NCBI GenBank assembly: GCA_963745835.1
Contig: CAVUZH010000023.1
Span: 14,209-78,208, forward strand
Reading direction: 5' to 3'
From: an uncultured delta proteobacterium
GTDB lineage: Bacteria; Desulfobacterota; Binatia; UBA9968
DNA length: 64,000 nt
A program made the translations under genes and the position numbers. Below the pieces are notes generated by a model. That model searched no databases and was not told where the DNA came from. It worked only from the letters and a program-made list of their open reading frames with translations. Position 1 is the first letter of the stretch; the number at the start of each line of letters is the position of its first letter. This document shows positions 22,136 through 32,209 of the stretch, piece after piece.

Positions 22136-23019
22136 TCATGTGCCGCGGCCCCACAAGCCGCAGTAGCGCCTCAAGATGAACGGCAACGCTTGCTCGTAGC
22201 CGGGCATGCTGGCGTATTTCGGCAGCTTCATTTCCTTCTCAACCGCATCCCAGCATTTGCCCTCGTGCGCGGCCTTCTTCACCTCCGCCGAAGTCTCCTG
22301 CAGAAAAACGAGCGTATCCTGCGCGTCTTTTTTCGTGCCGAGTCGACCGCCTGCGCCGGGATGACCAGGAATGAGTCGTTCCCAATCCATTGCCAGCACC
22401 TTTTTGATCGACTCCTCCCATTCGAGCGGATAGGAATCGATCATGCCGCGCCCTGGCAGTGAACCGACCGGCAGCCAATCGACCGTAAAAATAATTTTCT
22501 CCGCCGGCAGCCGCATGACCAAAGTTGAGTCGGAATGATTCAGGCCGAGATACGTGAGCTCCAGTGTGGTGCCGCCGAGTGTAATCGTCCTATCATTATC
22601 TACTGTCTCGTCGGGAATTACCGTATGCGGATCCTTGAGCCGTTCAAGACGCTCTTTGGCTTTCTTGTGCGCGATGAACGTGGCGCCGGCGTCCTTGAAG
22701 GGCTTACCGCCGGCTATATGATCGAAATGATGATGGCTGTAAATCACGTACCGGACCGGCTGATTCGTGACCTTCTTGATCTCGTCCAAGTAAGTGGTCA
22801 CCGCCTGGGGCCGTCCGTAGCCGATCGGATCGGTCGCGATCACGCCCTCCTTGGTGACGACAAACATTGCTTGCGCGCCGCCGTAACGAAAAACATAAAC
22901 ATTCTCGGTGCCGTCTACTTTAGTGGTCGCAAACGGCGGCTGTTGCTGGGCTTGGGCCGGGCGGTCAGAACCGTTATCGTCAGTGCTGCGCATACCATGA
23001 TATTAAGTAGAAATGACAT
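22136..23019 (-). CDS. Secreted MBL-fold metallo-hydrolase (frameshift in signal peptide)
   Basis: SHHHFDH motif, NHSD, PGH. AGGAGG RBS before ATG 23019 (MSFLLNIMVCAALT...), joining the main ORF near 22960. Confidence 0.82.
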
Positions 23020-23648
23020 TGACGCCTCCTCGGTTGTCTGATCTAAAGAAATGATTCAGTCCTTTGCGATGGAGAGTATCCAACGGGGTACTTCTATGTC
23101 AATGCTTCGCGTGCGAACTATAGCTTGGTTTGGAAGATGTGCCGGTTGGATAAAGGTTTAATTTTTGGACGAGGTTGGACGCCGAGTCCAAGCAATAACA
23201 GTTCGAGTCGTGACTCAAGGCCGTGCAGTCCGGCGCGTTCGTAAAGACCTTCGAAGACGGGAACAGCGCTGTGCTTGGATAGGACTGAAGCAGATAGATC
23301 GCGCAGACTGGGAGGAGGCTCAGAGCAACGGGCAGTCGCTTGAAGTGGACGACGAGGACGAAATGCCGGTGAGACGAGTCAAGTGAAAATCACCTGTCGG
23401 GCAGGCATATCGGCTGCACCACGAACCGGTGCGACGGATCATCGTAGCCGACGACCGCAAGAACACCACCGTGGTTCACCGCGCGGGGGCCGGACTTTGA
23501 TGCAACACCAGTTGAACGAGTCCTGCGGGTATTGCGAAGATGCCACGGAGCGACACGGCGACGGTCCGGCGCTTTCACTCTGAAGTCGTTCTGCAAAGCG
23601 GGCACGTAATTCGCTGGGAGTATTGAAGGAGAGAAACGAGCAAGGACG

Positions 23649-23816
23649 GTGATTATAACCGTAAGGGATTTTTACACGATGGAGGAAAAAATTCTCGCGC
23701 AGAATGTGGAGAAAATTAAAGCCGCCGGTGACGACGCCAGAATTTCTATTGAACAGAACGAGAAGAACGGCACCGTGGCGGTGCGAATCACCTTGTATGA
23801 AAAAAAGAAGCAGTAA
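23649..23816 (+). CDS. Small hypothetical protein (55 aa)
   Basis: GTG after AAGGAC: MIITVRDFYTMEEKILAQNVEKIKAAGDDARISIEQNEKNGTVAVRITLYEKKKQ. Below the ORF-track length cutoff. Confidence 0.45.
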   Translation: MIITVRDFYTMEEKILAQNVEKIKAAGDDARISIEQNEKNGTVAVRITLYEKKKQ

Positions 23817-23880
23817 CAATGGTCACTCGTCAAGCAGGTGACTCTATAGACGGTGCTGCCGGTGGTCTTCCGCCTGCTTA

Positions 23881-24213
23881 TTAAGTTTGTCGTGAGCCGC
23901 TTGCGTATTCTTCTGAATAATTGGTTTGAGCAGAATTTCGTACAAACACGATAATTGATACGAGCAATATCCAGGTTTCCGCTTTCACCTCTCGCCAATC
24001 ATCAAATTTGTAGAGGATATAAAAAAGGATTCCGGCCCAGATGAGCATCCAAGTCGCCCACTCTATTGCGTACTGAAACCAAATCTCTAACATGGGCAAG
24101 ATACCGATGCGCTTAGCGATTGAAAGAAGTATCAGGCAGACGAGCGTTGCAAGGCCTATCCACACGCCCCACTCATCTGCGAAGCCGCGATACCAAAGCT
24201 TAAACTCGTCCAT
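23881..24213 (-). CDS. Small membrane hypothetical protein
   Basis: About 3 hydrophobic segments, Trp-rich. Confidence 0.55.
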   Translation of the reverse strand: MDEFKLWYRGFADEWGVWIGLATLVCLILLSIAKRIGILPMLEIWFQYAIEWATWMLIWAGILFYILYKFDDWREVKAETWILLVSIIVFVRNSAQTNYSEEYASGSRQT

Positions 24214-24222
24214 ATCGCCGTC

Positions 24223-24726
24223 CTACTCGTTAGCCAGCAGATCCGTCCCTAACTTCGTCCCGTGAAAACCTTTTGACCTTGGCGGCGCATCACGAAGCCG
24301 AGTGTGTCGGAAGTTTTTTGACACCCACAGCAGGCAGCGGTATTTTTGGAGCTGTGCCAAGAGACTCACTTTTACGATCCCTCCGCGGCGTGTTGGTGAC
24401 TGCCCTGGCAGTGCCGATGACATCCACCCAAGGAAACGCTCGATCTCTGGTTCACCAAGTGGGACGAAGGTCATTGCGATAAGAGGACTATCCGGAGTCG
24501 TGAAGCCCAGCTTGCTTAGAACCCGCTACGATTCTGACGTTAGATTCATAACAGCATATAGTTCGAGCGTGAAATGGGCGGGCTCTTGGAGGAGCACCTT
24601 GCGCGGGCGCAACTCCTTGATGAAGTCCAGGGACTCTTGGTGCCGCATCTCCCCCGGCGATAGCGCCGCTATCAGGACGGAGGCGTCCAAGACGAGCGAC
24701 TTCAAGCTCGGCACTGTAGCTGACAT
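24223..24726 (-). pseudogene. PIN-domain (VapC-like) protein with in-frame TAG
   Basis: LVLDASVLIAAL...HQES...ELYAVM. TAG at 24526-24528; the frame continues into ORF 24223-24474. Confidence 0.6.
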
Positions 24727-24871
24727 CAAGATGGATATGCCCCAGGTGCTGGTGAGAACGCAACAACAAAAACAAGGCCGCGTCCTTGTCTCGCTGTTCG
24801 AAATGGTCTGCAAGGCCCTGGCTAATTTTTTATTGTCTTCAGTTTGGGCCTGGGATATTTTTCGCGTCTAT

Positions 24872-25783
24872 ATGTCAGAAACAAAGCCGTGCTCGTTATG
24901 CGGGTTTGATGCTGCGGTTACACCGTTGTCGGACGCCGACCAGGTAAAGTGTGAAAAGTGTGGGAATTTCAATATTACGAGATCGCTTCTATCAACAACT
25001 CTTGCCAACAGGGAGACCGAAGAAGCAAAGGAACATCTCCCGTATCTCAGCGCTAATACATCGGCAGGCGAGCGAACGGGGGGAAATCGTCACTCTCAAC
25101 ACAGCTAACTGGAAGAACTTTGCGCTTGCCCATAAGGGCACCTCGATTTCACAAAAAGTCACTAAGCTACTGGAACTGATAGCGTCACATACGAAGCCAG
25201 GGATTAGGGTCTTGATAGATCAGGATGCAGATGCACCTTTGGTGGATGCGGAATCAAAAGACGAGATGAATTTTCTTTTGGGTCATGTAAAAGAAATGGG
25301 TTACGTTCGCGAATTAGGTAGTAGTGATTACATGTTGGAAGTGAAAGGGTAGGAACAAATAGAGGCTGGGAAGATAGCCGGATTTCCGGGAAAGTGTTTT
25401 GTTGCAATGTGTTTTCACGAATCGCTAAATGACGCCTACAATGAAGGAATCTACCTCGCCGTAAAAGACTGCGGAATGGACCGGTGAGAATCGACCTAGT
25501 ACCCCATAACGATAATATCGTAGACAAGATCATTTCGGAGATTCGATCCTGTCAGTTTATGGTGGCGGACTTTACCAAGCAAAGAGGGGGCGTTTATTTC
25601 GAGGCGGGGTTTGCTAAAGGGTTAGGGCGACCAGTTATTTGGACATGCCAAAAAGACGATTTTGAAAAGATCCATTTCGATATAGCTCAATTCAGCCACA
25701 TTATTTGGAAGGACCCGGCCGATTTGCGAATGAGGCTCGCCGATAAAATTAAAGCAACGATTCCGGGTGCGGTTTTAACCTAG
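24872..25783 (+). pseudogene. Zn-ribbon + NDT (nucleoside 2-deoxyribosyltransferase)/TIR-like domain protein, disrupted
   Basis: CSLC...CEKC N-terminus; KCFVAMCF, RIDLVPHNDNIVDKIISEIR, ADFTKQRGGVYFEAGFAKGLGRPVIWTC, HFD. Frameshifts near 25055 and 25482; TAG at 25350-25352 where TGG is expected. Confidence 0.7.
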
Positions 25784-26123
25784 TGACAATGTTTTCGTTT
25801 ACTATTCCCACCGGCCATTATAAACAAATCGGGCGTGCCGCTTTGGGGGGCCACCGGCAAATGTCCCATTGAGACAACAGCGCTTGTTTAGGCGCAGAGG
25901 ACACTTCGGCACCCCGGAGAGACGCTAACACATGAGCTTAGAGCCGTTCAAGGCTGATGAAACACGTTATTCGGTTGTCTATTTTGGTTGCTCGTCTGGA
26001 TTGTCCTCGGTCTGGCCTTCCTGTACTGGTTGCTCAGGTGACGCCCGTGCGCATCATGTCTCTCTAGAAAAAAGAAGCAGTAAAATTCGTTTACATCGCC
26101 CCAAATCCTAATAAAAGGAGCGA

Positions 26124-26477
26124 ATGTGGCATGTGCTACTACCTGCTTTGGGATTGCTGGCAATGCTTGGCTCCAATGCCAATGCTGCACCCGCGCCTTG
26201 CGAGAAGAAGAATGTTTCCGAAGTGGTCAATGGGCTGAAAAAGTTGCGCGTGATTCACAAAATTGTGGACACCGGAACTGGCAACGTGCCCCAGGTGTTC
26301 GTCGATCCGACCGTATGGAATCGAATGAGCCTAGACGAAAAGGAACTGCTGGCCCTAAACGCGATCTGTTACGTCAACAATTACGAATGGCCCGCTCAGC
26401 CGATGATAAATGTCCACGATGGGCGGAATGGAAAACTTTTAGCACGGTGGAATAAACGGCTGAGAATCTTCGATTAG
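26124..26477 (+). CDS. Secreted hypothetical protein
   Basis: AAGGAG RBS; signal peptide ending ANA; 117 aa. Confidence 0.65.
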   Translation: MWHVLLPALGLLAMLGSNANAAPAPCEKKNVSEVVNGLKKLRVIHKIVDTGTGNVPQVFVDPTVWNRMSLDEKELLALNAICYVNNYEWPAQPMINVHDGRNGKLLARWNKRLRIFD

Positions 26478-26683
26478 AAACAAATGGAGATTACCCACGG
26501 CAGCCACCCGAATGAAATATTACCAAACTCAAAAGTTGGGATTGATCTCAACAAAATAGTAAGGATGGGCTCGTTAGAAAACCAGGGTGTCCACGCGGTT
26601 GTTATGACAAAGAAAACGAATATAGACGCTTTAATAAACGGCCGGCTGTGAAGCCACCGATCCAGTGCGGGTGGAATGGTCAT
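26474..26683 (-). CDS. Small membrane hypothetical protein or remnant
   Basis: Two hydrophobic segments; GGAG RBS. Confidence 0.35.
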   Translation of the reverse strand: MTIPPALDRWLHSRPFIKASIFVFFVITTAWTPWFSNEPILTILLRSIPTFEFGNISFGWLPWVISICF

Positions 26684-27576
26684 CTAAGAATCAGCTCCAT
26701 TATAAAATAATTATGAGATCCTGCGGCCAAGTAGACAAACAAACCCCCAAAAACGGTTTCGTTGACGCAGATGCGCGCTGAAATACCCTCCCACAAAAAA
26801 GGAGAGTGTTATGTTTACCGACTGTAAAAGGTATCTCGTCGCATACTGAGACTGAGACTGGCCGGTTTAAGTGTCGATACTCTAAGGAACCTGGAGGATG
26901 CCTTTTCCGACTTCGAATTTTCGGGGCCATCTACTTGGGGACCGGAGTAAGGTTCGACCCTCTACGGTCCAAAGTACCGGCGCAGTGGACGGCAGTTCGT
27001 TTTTCGGTATGGGGCCGTTTGACATCCGTTTAACATCCAGGACCAGGAAACAGGTCACATCAGGCAAATAGGGTAAATAGGGGCGAAACTCAAGTGAAAG
27101 AATCCGAGGACTTACGAAAAGTCCCCGGATTCATTGGGCGGGTTTCCTGTTCTATGTCAATGCATGGACGGTAGGACGTTTTGATCCTCTGATAAAACGT
27201 ACAAGGAATGCAGCCTTCAAAAACAAAACCGGAGTTTCGTGCTCTATACATCACTGCAGTTCACGTGACGGAGATCATTTAGGCAGGCGCTTGTTTGCTT
27301 ACTCGAATAGTTGCTGAATCTGTTTGAGGTAGGCGCGCTTTGGAAGGTTTGCGGGTCGGATTCGTTGCGCGGCACAGTGAGAAATTCCCGCATAAACGTT
27401 GATGGCCGCTTGTCACTTAGCAGTCCACGAGGCCTACCCAACTATGCTATCGCGTGTGAACCGACCTGAACGCGGGTGCGATGATGAGCGAGTGGCACAT
27501 GATCAGATCGCCTGGTGTGATCCGGTTAGTTTTGCGCAGGCACGCTTAAGCGGCTCGCGCTTTTTGTTAGAATGAG

Positions 27577-30500
27577 TTGAGGCTTATGAAAAACCTGCGA
27601 AAGATTCCGCTACCCTCCAATCGTTCAAAAATTCAGCAACTGCTCAAGAAAAGCCCGTCGCCATTAAACGCGGAGGCGAATTTTGGCCGGCTGATTGAGA
27701 GTGGCGGGAGTCAGTCGATTGACAAAATTCCAGCAAACGAGTTGCCGGTATTGACCCGGCTTCTCGGCAGTAGCGCTTATCTCAGCGAAGTTCTGATTCA
27801 ACAGGGAAAGAACTGGCCGGAGCTATTTCTTGAGCAGATCAAGATCCAGCGAAAGTCCGTTGACGATCATTTACGCGAGCTCAAAGCAGTCACGACAGCG
27901 GCCCAACAGTTTGACGAATTCTGCGCCGGACTGCGCCGACACAAACAGCGAGAGTATCTGCGCATTGGCGCGCGCGATCTCGATCCTTCAGTGCCGCTGG
28001 AAGAAACGGTCAGAGAACTGACAGCTCTTGCGGAAGCTTCTCTGGAATCAGCTTACCTGTATTGCCGGCGCGAAACGGAACAGGAATTCGGCTATCTAAA
28101 TCTACCCGGCACAGAGAGGCCCAACGCTTTCGTCGTGCTCGGGATGGGCAAGCTCGGCGGCGGTGAACTCAATTTCAGTTCCGATGTCGATGTCATTTTT
28201 CTCTTTGAGAATAACGAAGGCGAGAGCTCCGGTGGGCCAAAGGGCAAGGCTGAGCCGAGAGCGTTCTTCGCTGAGATCGGCAAGAAAATCATTCAAGCGA
28301 TGGGCAAAGTCACCGAGGATGGTTTTGTCTTTCGCATCGACTTGAGGCTTCGGCCTTTAGGCGTCAATGGACCGTTGGTACAGTCGGTGGACTCGGCCAT
28401 GCTGTATTACGAATCCTGGGGGCAATGTTGGGAGCGTGCTGCCTTGATCAAGGCGCGCCCGGTGGCCGGAGATCGAAAGCTGGGAAATCGTTTTCTGAAG
28501 GAAGTGGAGCCGTTCGTTTATCGCCGATACCTCGACTATACCACCGTCGAGGAGCTTCGGCATATGAAGCTGCGGATCGAAAACGAGCTCTTGAGCTCAC
28601 AGGACAAGGAGAGAAATATCAAGCTCGGTTATGGCGGCATCCGTGAGATCGAGTTCTTCGCCCAGGCGCTGCAACTGGTTAACGGAGGCTACGAACCGGC
28701 TCTGCGGCAACAGAACACCCAGCGGGCGCTTGCCGAGCTTGCCGCGCATAAGTTCATATCCGCCGATGAGATGAACCAGTTGACCGAGGCTTATCGGTTT
28801 CTGCGCCAGGTCGAGCATAAAGTTCAGATGGTGCAAGAAGCGCATGCTCACTCGATTCCAGAGGGCGAAGAAGAAGAAAAAGCGCTGGCCCGCCGGCTCG
28901 GGTATCTGCCGCGAGACAAGCGCGGCGAGCGCGAGCAGTTCTGGTCGGCGAAAAATATTCACGGTGAAAACGTGCGGCGTACGTTCGACCGGCTCTTTTA
29001 CGGCGCGCAAAAGGAAATCACCCAAGGCGGCCAATCCCACGCCGCAACGATTTGGCACGATCTCGATCAGCGCGAAGTGATTATCCGCGAACTTGAGAAG
29101 CTTGGATTCGCCGATGCCGACAAAGCGTACGAGAATCTTCTCGCGGTTCGCGACGGCGAGAGCTTCGCTCCGCCGAGCGCCAAACGCCTGAAGATTATGC
29201 GCACCCTGGGTCCGGCGCTGATCGCGGAGATCGCTAAATCCGGCGCTCCTGACCAAGCTCTTTTGAATTTGTCGAGATTCAGCCATCGAATTGGCGGCCG
29301 CAGCGGCTTTCTCAGGCTGCTAGCGGAGAACCCGGAAACCATGCGGTTGCTGATTACTCTGTTTGCCGAAAGCCAATTCCTCACCGAACTCTTCCTAAAT
29401 CGTCCGGAGCTCATAGACACTCTGATTCGCGTGGATCTGACGCGCATCGATAAGAGCAAAGAGTCGATGCTCTCAGGCTTGCGCGAAGCCATAGCGGAGC
29501 AGGACGATATCGAAGCTAAACTGAACGCGATCCGGCGCTCCAAAACTGAGGAGTTCATCAGGATTGGGCTCCACGATCTCGGCGGCACCATCGACCTCGA
29601 ACCGGTGCTAGAGCAACTTTCGGATCTCGCCGACGCCGTTGTCGAGTGCGCCTTGCAATTGACTCTCGACGAGCTGCAGGAAAAATTCGGCATCATTGCC
29701 CAGGGCCGATTCACCGTTCTGGGCATGGGCAAGATGGGTGGCCGTGAGTTGGATTACAATTCCGACCTGGACCTGGTTTTTGTTTACGATGCCGATGAGG
29801 ACGCCTCTAGCAGCGGCGGCGTCCAAGGTAAATTGCCGGCCCATGATTTCTACGTTCGCGTAGGCCAAAAACTGATCACCTATCTCTCAGCGCCAACCGA
29901 AGAAGGCATCGCTTACAAGATCGATATGCAGCTACGTCCATCGGGCAAAGCCGGTCCTCTGGTCAGCTCTCTGGAAGCTTTTCGCGATTATCACCGCACC
30001 AGCTCGCAGCTGTGGGAGCGCCAATCCTTGATCAAGGCGCGTTATGTTGCCGGCGACTCGAGCTTGGGAAAAGTCCTCGAGAAAGTCGCCGCGGATTTCG
30101 CGTATGGCTCAGGTCTGTCAAAGGAAGGTGTCGGTGAGATTCATCACCTCAGAATGCGCATGGAACGAGAGCTCGCCGGTGAAAGCGACAGTCATTTCAA
30201 TCTGAAGAAGGGTCGCGGCGGTATCGTCGATATTGAGTTTCTTACGCAAATGCTCCAGCTGGCCCATGGCATTCACCATCCCAGTCTTAGGTGTCGGGCA
30301 ACCTTGAAAGCTTTAAAGGCGTTGCATCAGCAGGGCATCCTCAAGAAAAAGGAATACGCTACGCTGGCCGATGGTTACTTGTTTTTGCGGCGCTTGGATC
30401 ACCGCCTCAGGCTGGAGCGCGACCAATCGATCGATGCATTTGAACGTGACCCCGGCCGTCTCGACGGCATCGCTCGAGCTTTAGGCTATGAGAGCGCAAT

Positions 30501-30621
30501 CGGCCGGAGCGGTAAGAGCGTCGCCAAGGCCGGGCGCAAGTTGCTTGCAGATTATGAATCACGGCGCGAGAAGATGCGCGCATGTTATGAGCGGTTCTTC
30601 CTGGCGGCAAACGACGATTAG
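27577..30621 (+). CDS. glnE: Bifunctional glutamine synthetase adenylyltransferase/deadenylylase
   Basis: Two NTase repeats (GMGKLGGGELNFSSDVD; GMGKMGGRELDYNSDLD), DLRLRP, KLGYGGIREIEF. Confidence 0.95.
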   Translation: MRLMKNLRKIPLPSNRSKIQQLLKKSPSPLNAEANFGRLIESGGSQSIDKIPANELPVLTRLLGSSAYLSEVLIQQGKNWPELFLEQIKIQRKSVDDHLRELKAVTTAAQQFDEFCAGLRRHKQREYLRIGARDLDPSVPLEETVRELTALAEASLESAYLYCRRETEQEFGYLNLPGTERPNAFVVLGMGKLGGGELNFSSDVDVIFLFENNEGESSGGPKGKAEPRAFFAEIGKKIIQAMGKVTEDGFVFRIDLRLRPLGVNGPLVQSVDSAMLYYESWGQCWERAALIKARPVAGDRKLGNRFLKEVEPFVYRRYLDYTTVEELRHMKLRIENELLSSQDKERNIKLGYGGIREIEFFAQALQLVNGGYEPALRQQNTQRALAELAAHKFISADEMNQLTEAYRFLRQVEHKVQMVQEAHAHSIPEGEEEEKALARRLGYLPRDKRGEREQFWSAKNIHGENVRRTFDRLFYGAQKEITQGGQSHAATIWHDLDQREVIIRELEKLGFADADKAYENLLAVRDGESFAPPSAKRLKIMRTLGPALIAEIAKSGAPDQALLNLSRFSHRIGGRSGFLRLLAENPETMRLLITLFAESQFLTELFLNRPELIDTLIRVDLTRIDKSKESMLSGLREAIAEQDDIEAKLNAIRRSKTEEFIRIGLHDLGGTIDLEPVLEQLSDLADAVVECALQLTLDELQEKFGIIAQGRFTVLGMGKMGGRELDYNSDLDLVFVYDADEDASSSGGVQGKLPAHDFYVRVGQKLITYLSAPTEEGIAYKIDMQLRPSGKAGPLVSSLEAFRDYHRTSSQLWERQSLIKARYVAGDSSLGKVLEKVAADFAYGSGLSKEGVGEIHHLRMRMERELAGESDSHFNLKKGRGGIVDIEFLTQMLQLAHGIHHPSLRCRATLKALKALHQQGILKKKEYATLADGYLFLRRLDHRLRLERDQSIDAFERDPGRLDGIARALGYESAIGRSGKSVAKAGRKLLADYESRREKMRACYERFFLAANDD

Positions 30622-30810
30622 CTCAATCCGCTTTGTGCAATAAAACGTCAATTTATAGGGCTCCATAATCTGTTGCAGGGGGAGGGCAGCGGAGCGATAA
30701 TCTCTTCGAGCGCGCCCTCCGGTTGTTAGGCGTCGGAACCGGCGTTTTTCTGTACCATTATAAAATTTGATTATTGACAGTAGCACACCATGTGCGATAT
30801 CGTCACGGTC

Positions 30811-31212
30811 ATGAAAACACAGATTTCCAAGGGCATTGCCCTGGCTTCTTTTGTAGCCGTCATGTCGGCCCCCCTTCACGCGCAGACGACAGCTCCAGTC
30901 GATCAACCCCCCGAACAGCCCGTCAGTCAGGAACTGGGTTACGGATTCGCCTCGGCGCTGGCGAGCATCTTCTACATACCTGCCAAGGTAACCTATGCCG
31001 GATTGGGTCTGATAACCGGCGGACTCGGCTATGTGCTGACTGGTGGCAGAGACGATGTGGCGAGCAACATAATCTACCCGGCCGTGCGCGGGCACTATGT
31101 CGTCACGCCCAACCAAATAAAAGGCATCGAGCCGATTTACTTCGTCGGCGCGCCGCCGGAATCTCCAGAGCCTGAGAGCTACGCTGCCGGTACGACGCCT
31201 ACACCACGTTAA
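30811..31212 (+). CDS. Secreted/membrane hypothetical protein
   Basis: Signal peptide MKTQ...LHA; hydrophobic hairpin YIPAKVTYAGLG. Confidence 0.65.
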   Translation: MKTQISKGIALASFVAVMSAPLHAQTTAPVDQPPEQPVSQELGYGFASALASIFYIPAKVTYAGLGLITGGLGYVLTGGRDDVASNIIYPAVRGHYVVTPNQIKGIEPIYFVGAPPESPEPESYAAGTTPTPR

Positions 31213-31982
31213 GCGCCGACGCAGACGCCTCGTTTCGAAGACCTGATAAACTCCACGAGGGTCATGACATCGTCATCGGCCCTCATATTTTCCTCTACTT
31301 CTGTAAGAGCTATCGAAAGGTTGCGTCCTTTTCGGAATAGCACGCGGAACGCATTGCGGATGGCTCGGATCCGACGATCGTCAAAGCCGGCGCGCTTTAA
31401 TCCCACCACATTGACACCGCGCACCGTGTGCTGCCAATCGACGATGGCAAACGGCGGAACATCGCGGCTGGTGCCGCTCAGGCCGCGCATCATGGCGTGC
31501 TCGCCGATTCGGATAAACTGGTGCACCACACAGTTGCCGGAAATAAACACGCTGTTCCCGACGTCGACATAGCCGCCTAGCAAAGCGCCGTTAGCCATAA
31601 CGATATTGTCGCCTAACTTGCAATTATGTCCCACGTGCGACGTGGCCATGAGATAGTTGTGGTTGCCGATGATTGTTGATGAATTCGATGCCGTGCCGCG
31701 ATGCACTTGAGCGTGTTCACGGATCACGTTGTGGTTGCCGATGGTTAAGTAACTCTCCTGCCCCTGGTAAGCCTTATCCTGGGGCGCGCCGCCAACAACT
31801 GCGCCGGGATGAATCTCATTATCCTCGCCGATCTCAGTCCAACCTGTGAGATAAGCATGAGCCATGATCCGCGTTCCGCGTCTAACCTTCACCGGCCCGT
31901 CGATGACTACGTAGGGGCCGATCTCTACTTCCGAATCGATTTCCGCCCGGGAGTCGACCACAGCTGTCGAATGGATGCTCAT
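31209..31982 (-). CDS. lpxA: Acyl-ACP--UDP-N-acetylglucosamine O-acyltransferase
   Basis: IHSTAVVD, hexapeptide repeats, PQD, HRGT, HVGHNC, VHQF, GVNVVGLKR. Confidence 0.92.
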   Translation of the reverse strand: MSIHSTAVVDSRAEIDSEVEIGPYVVIDGPVKVRRGTRIMAHAYLTGWTEIGEDNEIHPGAVVGGAPQDKAYQGQESYLTIGNHNVIREHAQVHRGTASNSSTIIGNHNYLMATSHVGHNCKLGDNIVMANGALLGGYVDVGNSVFISGNCVVHQFIRIGEHAMMRGLSGTSRDVPPFAIVDWQHTVRGVNVVGLKRAGFDDRRIRAIRNAFRVLFRKGRNLSIALTEVEENMRADDDVMTLVEFIRSSKRGVCVGA

Positions 31983-31996
31983 GAGAATCTGCGCGA

Positions 31997-32191
31997 CTAT
32001 CGATCTTCCTTTTCGTCTTCTTCGTCTTCGCCCACCTTTGTTTCAACCTTGCGTCCGGGAATACGGTACCTCTCCTCGGTCCAAGCGCCGAGATCGATCA
32101 GCTGACAACGATCCGAGCAAAACGGCCGGTGTGGATTATCGTCCCAAGAGCATTCTTTCCGGCAAGTGGGGCATTTCACATGCAACGGCAT
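31997..32191 (-). CDS. yacG: DNA gyrase inhibitor YacG
   Basis: CPTC...[16 protein letters not shown]. Confidence 0.92.
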   Translation of the reverse strand: MPLHVKCPTCRKECSWDDNPHRPFCSDRCQLIDLGAWTEERYRIPGRKVETKVGEDEEDEKEDR

Positions 32192-32209
32192 GGCTTTCTC
32201 CTCAGCTAT

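Larger units (their letters stand above)
23092..27163. mobile_element. Putative ~4 kb lower-GC islet bounded by 14-bp direct repeat TTCTATGTCAATGC
   Basis: Repeat copies at 23092-23105 and 27150-27163. Interior is AT-richer, with small hypothetical and decayed genes; no integrase seen. Confidence 0.45.

Noticed and set aside
24526-25352. Amber recoding or pyrrolysine at the two in-frame TAGs
   Set aside because: TAG ends many normal genes here, no pyl genes are present, and one TAG sits at an expected Trp (TGG to TAG). Decay is the simpler explanation.
23801-26083. 16-bp repeat AAAAAAGAAGCAGTAA at 23801 and 26068
   Set aside because: Low complexity and A-rich, plausibly by chance; does not mark clear boundaries.
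26939-26971. tRNA-like minihelix GGACCG...GGTTCGACC...CGGTCCA in the islet
   Set aside because: No D or anticodon arm and a bulged stem; cannot be supported as a tRNA or att fragment without a search.
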